This document shows positions 14,579-27,534 of a DNA stretch of 64,000 bases, piece after piece. Where the stretch lies: positions 37,521 to 101,520 of the forward strand of contig MNCI01002917.1 in NCBI GenBank assembly GCA_015680685.1. Direction: 5' to 3'. The stretch is from Gnetum montanum. Its lineage: Eukaryota > Plantae > Gnetophyta. How positions within the stretch are numbered: position 1 is the stretch's first letter; each line of letters starts with the position of its first letter. The position numbers and the translations under genes are program-made. Under the pieces are notes generated by a model. The model worked only from the letters and a program-made list of their open reading frames with translations. It did not search any database and had not been told where the DNA came from.

Positions 14579-17333
14579 ATGGCTCTAAAGAGACTTATAG
14601 TAGAAGGACCTTCACAACATGGTAGCAAGAGACCAAGAGTTCAAGGAAGAGGCCAAGTAAGAGAATAAACTTTGTAGGTTGAACATGCAAAGGATGAGGC
14701 TCAATCATTTAACATACACCAATAGACTCCTATCATAAAACATTTAGCCCAAGTAGAATAAGAGGTACCACTAGCACCTAAATAGGGTTCAAAAAAAATT
14801 CCATAATTTTCATAGTCATTTCGAAGTTAAACTTTGGATCATTCATGGAGTTTGCTTTGGAGGCTATTAAGATGCAAGTTCAAGCATCTTTTTTGTCATC
14901 AAAACTATTCAAAAATGTTGAATCATAGCTGGGAGAAGTTTACCAATTATGGAAAAATAAAAAAGATGATGCAATAGTAAAGATTAATAGGGTCTTAGTG
15001 CCATACTCTATTGGGGAAATAGTGAAGGCCTTGAACATACCAAATGTTAAAGCCAATGTTACATAGATTTCCATAAGGTCTAACACTAATACCAAAAAGC
15101 TATGGCTATATAGGACTTATGGCAAGGAAGATAAAGATTATAACAAGATAAATGTAAAGGAGAATATTTATTTTAGTATTTGGACCTACCACTTCTTCCC
15201 AATGAAGAGGATCAATTGGATCTCAATATATGCAACTTGAGAAAGTGTAATATTGATGGAAAAATTTAATGCTAACATCACACATTTGCTCTTCCTAAAG
15301 GTCCAAAGGTATTTTGAAGAGAAAAAGATAGGAAAGCTAATGTTGCCAATTCATTGCCTTATCAAGAAACTATGCAAGCAAGAATGGATCCTAAGCTATA
15401 TTAATGATGTCTTAGGAAAGGCCTAGAATACATCCTACACTAAAATGTGAAAGTTAGTGCCACATAAGAAAGATTAGTTGGAGAAGCTAGTAGGTACTAA
15501 AGGAGCTTCAAAATCTACACTAGCCAACAACATTCTAGCTACCAGTCAATAATAATAAGTAGGACTCAATGGTCAAACACCTATAGGTGATAGACTTGAG
15601 TAGTAAGCTCCACCACCACCATAATATTACCATCCCTCAATGAGCCATCTGCACTAGATTATAGATACAATTAGCTAAGGGGAGCAAGGGAGGGCTCAAC
15701 CCTATACACAGTAAGAGAAAGCTCTATAAGACCTATTATTTTTATAAATCCTACTAGTGGACAAGTATGCTTGTAGGTAGGAGGAGAATAAGATTGGGTA
15801 AAATAAATATCAAGGAAAGTTTCATCCTTCTAGGAGATGCTAGAAACTAGTGAAGGTGCCAGAGTGGTGGTCATGCAACACGAAAATGTAGCAGGAGTAG
15901 TGGGGGTAATCGCTAACCATATCAAGGAGTCATTTAATGTTCTTTTTGTACCATTGGATAATATTTCTAGATATAGAGATGCTCAAACGCTAGCCAACAC
16001 CTCTATGACACCTACAGAATACAAAGATGTACTTGACAAACTACTATAGATGGGGCTAGGTCATGAAAAATATTTTTGATATCCCTAGTGACATCACTAT
16101 AGTGTAGTATGATCTAATAGCCACCAAAGGAAATCTAGTGATGATAGAAACAAGGGCTGAACACACTAAAAATAAAGTTTAGAGGCTACAGGAAGAACTA
16201 GAAACTCTAAGAGTAGAGCTAAGGGACCTTGCATGATTTGTTATTCCATACCACCTTAAGAAATATAGAACTGATTAGTAAGGTAGCTAATTGCTTGAAA
16301 TATACAAGTATAGATGGAAAGAGAGAAGGCTATGTGAAATGCCGTAGTAGCAAAAGCCCAAACATATGCACATGTCAAAGCTCTAATTAATCTTAAGGAG
16401 GAAAACAAGAAATTTACTACCAATAATATAAGGTTGATTGACATTAAGAAGTAGAAAAATGTTCTTGATAAAAGCATCCATTAGTTGTGAGAACAATTCA
16501 TTTAAGTCAACCAAGATATGAATAGATTGGCTCATGAAAATAAGATCCTATCAATGAAGGAAGTATGCATCATCTAGCAGAAGTTTGCAATCAAAATAAG
16601 CACATGGAAAAATGAGGCCAAGAAACACAAAAACCTCAAAGAATATTTTAGTGAACAAGTGGGGACATACAAATAAATAAATGAAAAATAAAAATATAGA
16701 TGGCAAAGTCCAGAATGAATTTTATCACTATCTAAACACTAGACTGGTAACCCATATTGGATAGCCTAGCCCATGTTCATTTGGATGAAATAAAAAATAA
16801 GGACCTACAAATCAAGGACCTAATAGAGGAAATGGGGTTAGCTAACCTTTGGTATGCTCACTTAACCATGTTGATAGTAGGACAACCTTATAACAAGCTT
16901 CAACAATAAGTAGCAATTGTGTATGTCATGCATGGGAAGGAGTTTGCTAATCAAAAATATGCCTTAAAAAAGTTACATGTTGTAAACCTTGAGCTTTAAA
17001 TTGTTAAGGCTAGCTACCAGAGACAAAAGGACATTATAGCAAACCTATCATGCTCGATGATATATTATCAAGAATTAAGAAAGGTGGTCAAGGCTTTTGA
17101 AGAATAATAATAATAGTTTTCAACATGGTATATTAAGAAAAATAAAATGTTCTTGCAATTTTCATGCCCATGGGATGTACCTACTCAGCTAATTTTGCAT
17201 AATTTGCATGGATGGTACATGACCCTAAGATGGAGGAAGAGAAGCTTTAGGTGCTTCTAAATAGATATCAATTTTAGAAGCTTGATGAAAAGGAGAAGAA
17301 GCTAATGGAGGAGCCTCCACCACTTCAAAATTA
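14579..17333 (+). pseudogene. Athila-type extra ('env-like') ORF: putative plant transposon protein domain plus long coiled-coil region
   Basis: ATG at 14579 (MALKRLIVEGPSQHGSKRPR); VKINRVLVPYSIGEIVKALNIP and LMLPIHCLIKKLC resemble the Athila extra-ORF domain; E/K/L-rich heptad-like stretch ~16100-17100. Stops are mostly CAG/CAA>TAG/TAA type. Confidence 0.65.
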
Positions 17334-18134
17334 AGGCCTACATCAAGCTCCTTCAATTTTTATTTTTTTATTTATTTATTAGTTTTCGACTGTGTCCAAT
17401 TTTTGTAAAAAAAAAACCAATGTGGCATTCATAGTCATGTAAATCATCAAGTCATGTCAAGTCAAATATAGCTTCCAATTTTGTAAGGGACTCTATCCTC
17501 ATTTTTTGTTCCAAACTAAATTTTATTTTCTGTGCATTATTTGGATCTATTTATATTCCCATGTTTTGCATTTCATAAGTCCCTGGTTGATTTTCTAACC
17601 CGGCCAAGGCACCTCAAATCCCATTTCTCTTGTGGAGGCCCTATGTATTCAAGTATGGGGAACTACTACATTGAGGATCCTTGGTTTTCTTCCAATAATC
17701 AAGGTTTTTTTTTGTAACACCACTCATAAAACCCATTGAATTTTCATTTTTGACATTCCAAAAGGCATTTTTGAACACCCCCCACCCCAAAAGTCCAAAT
17801 ATAGATACTAGGTGACTTTTTTCACTTTGGGAATGAGGCTTTAACCACTTACGAGGCATTTTTTAGCCCCAAAAGTATAAAGCATGTGGAATTTCCTATT
17901 GTGGATTATAATCTTCACATTTACAATGAAGTGTTACCTTAAGTTTCATTAGGTGAAAGCTACATGATGAAAATTGACTATAACATGCAAATTTTTATGG
18001 TGTTTCAGTGTCCTCTCTTTGTTAGTGCTTGGAGGATTGACCCAAGAGGCACTAATAAAGAGTAAAAAACACCATTGCATATAATAATGCTACAATGCAT
18101 ACAGGCCAAATGAGAATTAGAACATCTAGGTCGC

Positions 18135-18230
18135 CAAAGTTGCTAGTTTAAGGCCACGGTAGACCATGATACCAATTTAAGGCCTTGGTAGGCTATGTTG
18201 CAAGTTTATGATCATAGTAGACCATTGAAA
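18135..18230. repeat. Short CAGTTTAA-GG(C/T)C-N6-G(G/A)CC repeat cluster just after integrase, copy 1
   Basis: gctagtttaaggccacggtagacc; ccaatttaaggccttggtaggct; caagtttatgatcatagtagacc. Confidence 0.8.
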
Positions 18231-18257
18231 GAAGACTTACTTGCTAATGATTATTGG

Positions 18258-21200
18258 CTACATGTAGTATGGATTTAGATAGGAATGATTGATTATATTG
18301 ACTAGCTCATTCCCATCCATGTTGGCTATCTAAATGCACCATTTCCATAGGCTCTAGTGATAAGGAAGGATCCTTCCCAATTGGCTAAGAATTTTTTTGC
18401 ATGCTCACAGATGGCTTTGAGGACCAAGTTACCTTCTTTGATCTTGCACATGGTCAAGTTATGGTGATGCTACCACTTCTACCTCTCCTGATAGTATTTG
18501 ATATGAGTAAGCACTTGCATAGATTGCTCCTCCACTAAGTCTAGGACTGTTATCTATAACTCCTTATTCTACTAGTCATTGATGAAGTTGAAAGGCTACT
18601 CAAAGTAGTGGCACCTACAATTAAATAGGTTAAAAGGCTCCAAAACCATAAACCAAGCTATAAGGGATCATACCAATTATTGTGTGATAGGTTGTTCTAT
18701 ATGCTCATAGTGCATGGACAAGCCACTCATGCTACTTTCATTTGTTATTGTTGAGCATGTTCTTAAGTGAGTTGATGATGGCCTTTCTGCTTGCTTCTTT
18801 AGGGTAATAGGGTGATGAGAAAGAATGCTTGATACCTAGGTTATGAAAAAAATCTTTAATTTCATGGTTGCTAAATTGTGATCCATTATATGTAACTATG
18901 GTCATGGGTATGCAAAAATGGACTACAATGTTATTTAGGATGAATTTGTAGACTTGTTCAGATGTAGTCTTCCTTAGGAAAATAGCCTCAACCCACATTG
19001 TAAAGTATTTGGTTGCTATGATGATGAAGCTATGATGTACGAAAGACTTAGGTGTTATGGGTCCAATGATATCCTATCCCCATCATTGAAATGACCATGT
19101 TATTTGAGTGGTATGCAACTCAGTTGGTGATACATGTATAAGGTTGCTATATGATTGGCATGTGTCATACAACTTAAGTTTTAGTAGGTAGTAATTTTTC
19201 ATATGGGACCAATAGTAACCTAACTATCAAATCTTAGCAGCCATAGCTCTTGGTCCTATATGTCCTCCACAAACACCCTCATGAACCTCCTATAGCATTT
19301 TTTTGGCTTCAATTCTACCTAAGCACTTTAGGAGTATGCCATCATAGGATCATAGACATAATGTATTATCACCTACAATGACATACTACTTCAATTGCTT
19401 GTGTATGATGTCCTTTTGAGTAGTAATAAGGCCTTGTGAGGATTCATCATGCATAAGGTAAAATTTGATATTGTCATATCACTACCTAGAAGGAGTAGTA
19501 TGAACAATGACCACAAAGGTATCCTTAGTGTTCTACATGATGGAAGTAGCATAGTCTATTATTAAGATGGATAACTTACTAAACACATTTAGCATCATAC
19601 TAAGGGCTAACATTGTAATTGCATCAACTATGGTGTTTTTGTTTTGGGTTATGTGTTGCATATTAACATTTGTAAATTATTGTAATAATTTCTTCCCTAG
19701 GTCATAGTATGATTGTAAGTATTTGGATTTACATGCATTGACGTTGGTTACTTGGTTAACCATAAGTTGTAAATCATCTTTGATTTCTAAGCATCTAATT
19801 CTTAGGTCATGAGCTACCATCATTCCTTCGATCAAACCTTCATACTTTGCCATGTTGTTGGTACATGGAAACTTAAAGTGGTAGGCGAAGGGTTAAATTT
19901 CACCAAATGGGAATGTTATGATGGTAGTAGCATCAGCCCCATGGGCAGTTAAATCTCTATCAAAGTGCATGACTACTTCATAATCCTAAGGAACTTGGCT
20001 AATGATGTTAATATACTCATCAAGGAATTCAGGATTTATGGTTGCTTGGTCATCAACAAGTAAAATTTTGAGTTGTATGACTATAGCTTGACCTTTCATT
20101 GAGGATTGAGAGATGTAATGAAGGTAAAACTCCATAGTTATGGCTTTCCATTGGGCTATATAGCTACTTTCATAGATGTTGGTCATTTTGGCTCTATGTA
20201 TTTTATCTTTGCAAATGATGTCAACTTGGCTTCTGAAGAGATAGTGTCTCCATTTCTTCAAGGAGAACACTAGTGCTAGACAATATTTCTCCACATTAGT
20301 GTATCGAGCCTCATGAGCATCTAACATATTACTAAGGTAGTATATAGGCATTTCTACTCCATCATCAAATTTTTGATGGAGTAGAAAGGCAATGGACACA
20401 TCAGAGATGACAATGCAAATGTAAAATGTTTTACCCTCTTACAAAGGATAGACTATTAGAAGTTATGTCAATTCTTGCTTAAGGTTTTCAAAGGCCTCTT
20501 GGCATTGAACCATCGACTCATAGTGCACTCCTTTCTTAAGTAAATGTTACATGGGTTGTAACTTATCTATAATCCTAGTAATAAATCTACAAATAAATTG
20601 TAATATATCTTGTAATCCCTAAAGATCCTTAAAGTTGGTAGGTGCCACTAATTTAGATATGGCCTTAACCTTATTAGGATCAGCATGTATTCTTGCTTTA
20701 GAGACTACAAAGCCAAGCATCTTACCAATCTTAACATTGAAGACATATTTCTTGGGATTAATCCAAGCTCATATTTGAGGAACCATTTGAGCACAAGGTC
20801 AAGGTCATTAGCATCATCATTGGGCATCATGGAATTAATGGCTATGTCATTTATGTAATCATTAAGCAATACTAGCATGTAATTGCTGAAGACATAGGTC
20901 ATGGCTCTATGATATGTTAGTATTGCATTCTTAAGATTGAAGGGCATCATAGTATAGCAAAAGGTCCTCCATTGGGTCATAAAGGTCATGCTAAGTTGGT
21001 GCTTTGGGTTGATCATGATCTAGTTATATCATGAGAATCTATCCATAAAGGACAACAAGGCATGTCTAGATGTAGTATTAATAAGTTGATCAATATTAGG
21101 CAAAGGGAAGTAATCTTTGATAGTTGCTTTATTTAGGTCTAAAAAATCAATGAAAATACATATATTCTCATTTTTCTTAGGAACTACCACTATTTTGGAC

Positions 21201-21760
21201 ACCCATTCTATATAATCAACAATCCTAATGAAACCTACTTGGTAGAGCTTTGAGATCTCATCACGAATTGTGAACACAAAATCAAGTCTAATTTTGTGCA
21301 CTTTTTGTTTAAGTAGCATAATGCTAGGGTCTTGTATGATGTTGTGCTAGACTAAATGTGGTTCTAAGCCTATTATGTCCTCATACGACTAGGAAAAGAC
21401 CTTAATGTTGCTTTATAGAACCTTGGTGATGTATTGAGCATATTGAGGTTCCATTAAGGAACTTAGTTTAAGGGTTTTCCCCTCACCACTATGTGTGATA
21501 GGAACCTTAACTAGAGAGTCTTTGGTTATGTCACCTACCTCTAAGTCAAAGGTTTTGACTAGGTTCTCAAGCCATTCTAGAGGTTTCTCTATTGAGGCTA
21601 TGTGATCTACAAGACTCTCAAGCTCAAGATTTAGGCAGTCAAGGTCAATACATTATTCAACATCACCATGAGGTTCATGTAGATACAAAGGCAAACTAAT
21701 TTTCTCCCAGGCACTCATACATTGATCCTGCATATCAACCAAAAGTGTCTTAAGTGGCAC
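18258..21760 (-). pseudogene. pol: Tat/Ogre pol: RT, RNase H, archaeal-type RNase H, integrase (decayed)
   Basis: WVSKIVVVPKKN, KDYFPLPNIDQL, YINDI, IYYLS...YTNVEKYCLALV, HFD...PCTNNMAKYEGL (aRH), WVEAI, SSPYYP, YLNPYY. Confidence 0.92.
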
Positions 21761-22394
21761 CTAGGTAAAAGTGAATAAATAATGCTAAATTACTATAAAT
21801 TTATGCAAATACATGCAAATCTAATGAAAACAAGTTCATCCCAGGTTGTCAATAAGATAGGGAAAATTCGACAAAGTGCCATAAAGGTCAAAAAAAGGTC
21901 AAACAAGAAGAAACATAAGAAATAAGGCTTAAAATGATTAAAAAAAAAAAGGCCAAAATTTCATTTTGTTTAGCCTCAACAAGCCATGATGCTAGTTTAA
22001 GGCTTTAGAGGGCGACGCTCACATGGTGTCAAACAGTGGTTAGGGAAGGTCAAACCCCACTATTTGATACCATTTAAAGGCCAAAAATAGGCAAATAAAG
22101 CTATAATAAGGATAATAAAGAACCTCTAAAGTTGTATAAAGGCCATAAAAGATCAACAAGGTCAACAATGCAACACAAGTTTTAAAATAAGCCAAAATAC
22201 TATGTAATAAGTTAAAAATCAAGTAAAATAGGCCATTTATGATAACATTTGGCTAATATAGGTTAAAAAGGGTTAGGTTTTGCTAGTTTTAGGCCTTATT
22301 AAGCCATGTTTTGAGGCTACAAGACTATTAGGTGAGCTCAAAAATTAATCATGGTTGTTTTTGGGCTATTCGAAGTTAAAAATTAGGAGTTTTG

Positions 22395-25300
22395 AGGCTT
22401 CCATGATGGGCTCAACATGGAAATAAGGACTCTCAGCATGGAAACCAAGGAAAATAGGTGTCAAGGTGTTCATAGGTCTAAAATTAAGGTTCCAAGACTT
22501 TCCTAAGATAGTGCAAGATCAAATCCATCAAAATTGGGCACTCTGACAGTCTATAAAGGCCAAAAAGTAGGTTATGGAGTCGTTCCCCTTTATTTCCATG
22601 CTGGCCAGTGTGGAAGAAAGGGGGATTAATATTGAAAACCAAAACATCAGCCAAAGTAGCATTAAATGAGGTCAAACAAGTAGCTAGAACCCAAATCTAG
22701 AAGTTATACATCCTCTAGCTCCATTTTAAGGTAGTTTAAGTTGATCTTGAATGTCAAAACATGTTAAAATAGCTTTCCCTCATTTTTCCACATTGATCAC
22801 AGTATCCCCACCAGAGAAGAATAGGGGAACACTTTTTATGGATTCAAAGAGGTTTACAAGCACTTTGACCATGTTTCTAGGCCCCTAGGACTATAAATCA
22901 TGATTCTACAAGTTTCTAGCTGATGTTGGGCAGCTTTGAAGGCTTTTTAAGGGTACTTAAGTTCTTTTCCCTATTTCCACATTGGGTTGGTGGAGGGGAT
23001 GGTGTGGGGGTTACTATAGCATGGAATATTAGGGGGAATGGATTTTTCAGGTCAAAATAAAGTCAAACAAGAAAACTCCTAAGGTTATGAGGTCTTAGGT
23101 TTTTTCAACGTAGATATTTACCTCTTGGGGATGTCATCTTACCACTAAAAGTAGAAAAGGAGCTCTTTCCCCTTGTTTGCACACTACATAGCATGGAAGG
23201 GGCCTCCTCCAATGTGGATGGAGTAAGAATCCTAGATCTAGATCAATTTAAATCACAATAGATTTTTCATGTTAGCTTCTAAAGTTGCTAGGGCTAAGGG
23301 CTAGGTCTTCATGCCATAATTTGACGGTTTTGAGTACTTCCAAGTGGGATTTTAGATTCCTCCCTTTTTTCCATTCTAGGGATAGGGAGCCCAACATAGA
23401 AGATTAAGGGGAACTAGTTTTTGGCCATATGAGGCTAGTTTTCTGAAGTTTGAAGGCTCCAATAACTATTGACAAGGTCCTACAGACCATTTGATGTTGT
23501 TCTGAGGTGGTTATAAGCTCTAAATGAGTCTCCCCTCAATTTCCATGCTAGCCATCATGGAAGAGAGGATCCCCAACATGAAAACATCATAAATCATAGA
23601 TCTAGCCTAGTTTTGATCTCAATCAACCATGCATGTGTGCTCTCAAGCCTATTGGGGTCAAGGACTAGGGTATGGGGTCAAAACTAGTCAATTTGGAGGT
23701 TTTATAGATGGGTTTTAGGCTTCATCCCTATTTTCCACACTAAGGATGTTATGCTTAGTGTGGAAAAATAGGGGAAAATTTTTTTGACCATTTGCAATAA
23801 ATTTTACAAGGTTTGAAGGCTCTAGAAGGTGTGAAACCAATCTTAGGGCTTGTGTAATGTTGGAAGGTATCTATTTGAGCTATCTAAAGGCCATTTTAGA
23901 GTCTTCCCAAAGATCCCCCCTTTTTTCCATGCTATCTAGCATGGAAGAGGAAGCTCTTAGCATGGAGGAACTAGGGAACCCTACTTTTTGCTATTTTATG
24001 ACATTTCTAGCCATGCATGTACGCCTTTGAGGTTGCCAGTATTGATTGTTGCTGCCTAGTGTTAAATTTTGGTTGTCTCAAGGTTGATAAGATGAGTTTT
24101 AGTGTTCCTCCCATTTTTCCACACTAGGGTTTCCATGATCAACATGGAGGATTGGGAGAAAATATTTTTTGACCATTCATGATCAGTTTTGATAGGTCAG
24201 AAGGTCTTAAAATGTGTATGTGTCCTAGAACCTTCAGACCATTCATGACCATTCTAGGACACACACAAGGATTTGTAGTGTTCATTCAAGGTCTCTAAAG
24301 GATATTTTGGAGCTCCCCCAAATTTACCCCTTTTTTCCATGCTAGGAAGCATGAAAAAGGGGGGTTCTTATGGTGGAAAAACTAAAAAGCCTTGATTTTT
24401 ACTAATTTTTGGCAATTTTGGCTATGCATGTGGGCTTCTAAGATAGCTAGTATTGATTGCTGACATCCAATATGAAAATTTAATCATTTCAAGGGTTTTT
24501 AGGTAATTTTTGAGCATGCCACCTTTTCTCCATACTGGGAATTCCATGCTCAACATGGAAGATTAGGGGGAAAAGGTTTTCTGACCACAAATAGTAAATT
24601 TTGGCTATGCATGAGTGTTTATAGGGTTACTGGTGTTGGCTATTAATGTCTAAAGTTAAAATCTAGTTGTTTTGAAGGCTATAAGAGGGTTTTTAGGCTT
24701 CCCCCAATCCATCCATGTTGAGGGTAGGATGCTCAACATGGATGATATCCTCCTTAATCTTGAGAACCTAAGGGGGACAAGTTTTGGTCATTTTAAGTGA
24801 CTTTTGAAAGTTTGGTGGCTTCTAGAAGGATTAGGTTGCTTTCGGAAGTTAAACTACATGTAAATTAAATATTTTTGGCTTCCCCCATTTTATTCATGCT
24901 AAGAATAGAATGCTCAATGTGAAATAGGTCTCCCTCAACCAAGAAAGTTAGATCTAGGCTAGATCACTAGAGAATCGACCATGCATATCAGCCTTTGGGG
25001 TTGTCGATGTCGACAGTCAGTACTAGGTGCCAAGATCCAGCTGTTTGAAGGCTCCTAAGTGCCTCATGTAGTTTCCCCATTTCTTCCATGTTGTTCATGA
25101 AGGCCTTAGCATGGATGAGAGTAGGAAATTATTTTTTTATCATATTTAACTACTTTTGGGGCATGTAGACGCTCCAATGGGTGTCAGTAGGGTTCAAGAG
25201 TCACTATGCTTTCAGAAATGGCTACTAGGTAGTCAATTTAGGTTAATTTTGACTTCTCCCCATCCATCCACATTGTTATTAATATGCTTAGTGTGGATGA

Positions 25301-25690
25301 ACCCTCCCTCAGTGTAGAAATACAAAATCTAAAGTTTCAACTAGTTTTGACTCATTTCAACTAGGTTTGGTGAGGCTTCGTGGTTATTGGAAATGCTTGG
25401 AGGGGTTCTTGGTCATGTGTGATCTACTTTAGGGTTAAACTAGGGCTATATGATTATTAGGTGGTTAGGATAGATGTTCCCCCCTTTGCCCTATGTTGGG
25501 CTATGTTGCCCTATCATGGAAACGCAAGCTATCAAGTTTGTTCATGTCTATCCCTTTTTTGGGAGCTCAAAATAGGAAAAATGTAGATTTTTGGTATTAA
25601 CAAAGGAAAGAGGTTTATTTTTTGTGATTTTGAGCTATGGGAGACATGTATCTATGCTAGGAATGGCATCCCCAACATTGATGCATGGGA
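22395..25690. repeat. Degenerate ~190-bp-period tandem array, each unit carrying a TTCCA(T/C)(G/A)C...G(C/T)(A/G)TGGAA inverted repeat
   Basis: Motif starts near 22400, 22597, 22787, 22976, 23180, 23370, 23541, 23733, 23925, 24117, 24336, 24528, 24711, 24892, 25084, 25266, 25490 and 25652. Perfect stems at 23733-23765, 23925-23946 and 24711-24743. Confidence 0.85.
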
Positions 25691-27534
25691 GTTAAGGTTG
25701 CAACGTGGTTCTAACTATCAAAATTTGAAGAAAAGCTCGATGTTGATGCAATTTTTTGGTTAAGAGAGAAGGTGCAAGGTGGGGCCCATAATGCAAGAAT
25801 TTAAAATTTTAAAAAGTGAAGTTATTTCCCAACCAAACTCAACATTGTAGATACTTTCCCTCCTTTACACTTTAATGCAATTGGAGTTATTATGTACTGA
25901 ATTAGCAACTAAGATTTAGAGGTGGACATTTAGGTTTAGATGTAGTTTATATTGTAAAATTTTGCAAGTTTTCAATCATAATTGTAATTCTTGCAAAATG
26001 TGCATTAGAGGAGAGCTTTGGTAGAGATTTTTGTGGAAAAAGCCCTAATCTTCAGCATGGAGACCTCCCATCCTCCTTGCACATAGCATTGAACCTTAAT
26101 CTTTCACAATTTTCAACCTTTTCAAATATTGAGCCTGCCATGGTACCCAAGCAATGTGCAGGAAAGAGTTTGAACCCAAGGATTCAAAAGATATATGATC
26201 ATGCAAAGGAGCTATCAAAGGTTCATATTCCTATCTCCATCCAACCCTCATTCATCACTACTCTAAGGTAGGGAGTTCTACCTATTTTTGTTCTCGTTTC
26301 TAGCTATTTTCTATGGTTTTCTTATATTTTCCTTGCCACATGTGGAGCCATTTGTTTTAGATCTATGTTGATAGAATGGGTAAAACAAAATTTTAATGAA
26401 ATCTCACCTCTTATTTTGGCTATTTCCACATAGATCCATATTTTTTTTTGTTTTTTCTTTAATAGATTTGATTTTCAAATTTAAGCTTGTTATTTTTATG
26501 CTTTTTTCCCAAAATTTGGGGGTATGGCCATTTTTTTTCAGATCTAGACCAAAATATTCATAAAAAATAAGTTTCAACAAAATCCTACCCCATTATTTTG
26601 GTGTGGTTTCAAATGGGTATTGATTTTTTTGGCTATTTCAGCTATGTTTCTATGGCTATGTTAAGTTGGATTTCAGCTTTTTAGCTTTTTACATATAAAA
26701 AGCAAGCATTTTTGTGTATTATCTTCTTATAAAAATGGCTACATATTTTCAAAATTTGATATTGTGGGGTCTTAACCCTTTTTTAAGCTTTCTAATGGCT
26801 ATTTTCTTATTCTATTTGGATTAATAATGATGGAGTTATAGCCATTTTCCTAAAGTCATGCAGTTAGGTTTTTTATGCCATTTTTGAAATTTCATGTAAG
26901 TTCATGAATTGTCTCTAAGAAAATAGAAATATTTTTTGCTATTTTTTAGCTATTTTTGGGTAGGTCTCAAAATGGCTCTCCAATGGATGTTTAATCACTC
27001 TAATTAGCTTTAAAAATAATTATTCATGAATGTTTTACTAAGCCTATCATAAAATGAGGTTTGCGCCATTTTTACATCTTTTTCTAAGCTGAAATTTTAT
27101 TTTTTTTTTGAATAAAAACAAATGGTTTTGAATTTTTTCTAAGTGTGGGTGCATAGAACTTGATTTGAGCTTTCAAATAGTGATAGAATCACTCTATTTA
27201 AAGCTTAAATGAATTTTTGATGAACTTTTTACCAACCCTACACAAAAGAGGATTAATGGTAACTACAATTTTTTGTTGAATTTTTCCATAGTCCATGTAA
27301 AAATGGCTATGTATTTTTATTTGTAATGGTTATGGTTGCAACACTTGCAATTTTAGGATTCTTCCATGGTGGAATCACTAAAATCAGAGCTTGAATGAAT
27401 TTTTAATTAATTTCTTGGTTATGGCTATGTAAATAAGGTAAAATTTTGGATGGGTGTGATTAATATGTGTAGTTTTTCTTGTAAAACTTATGTTTTAAAT
27501 ATGATTTTTTAAGAAAAACAAAAGCTTTGTAGTG

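Larger units (their letters stand above)
4840..17860 (+). mobile_element. Degenerate Athila-like Ty3/gypsy retrotransposon with extra ORF downstream of pol; 3' LTR not found
   Basis: Ordered gag, PR, RT, RH, INT remnants, then a ~2.3 kb spacer and a ~2.75 kb second ORF. No chromodomain and no archaeal-type RNase H seen. Outer boundaries approximate. Confidence 0.75.

Noticed and set aside
22395-25690. CRISPR array (palindromic repeats with spacers)
   Set aside because: Eukaryotic TE context, no cas genes, repeats degenerate, and spacers are ~150 bp and partly similar to each other.
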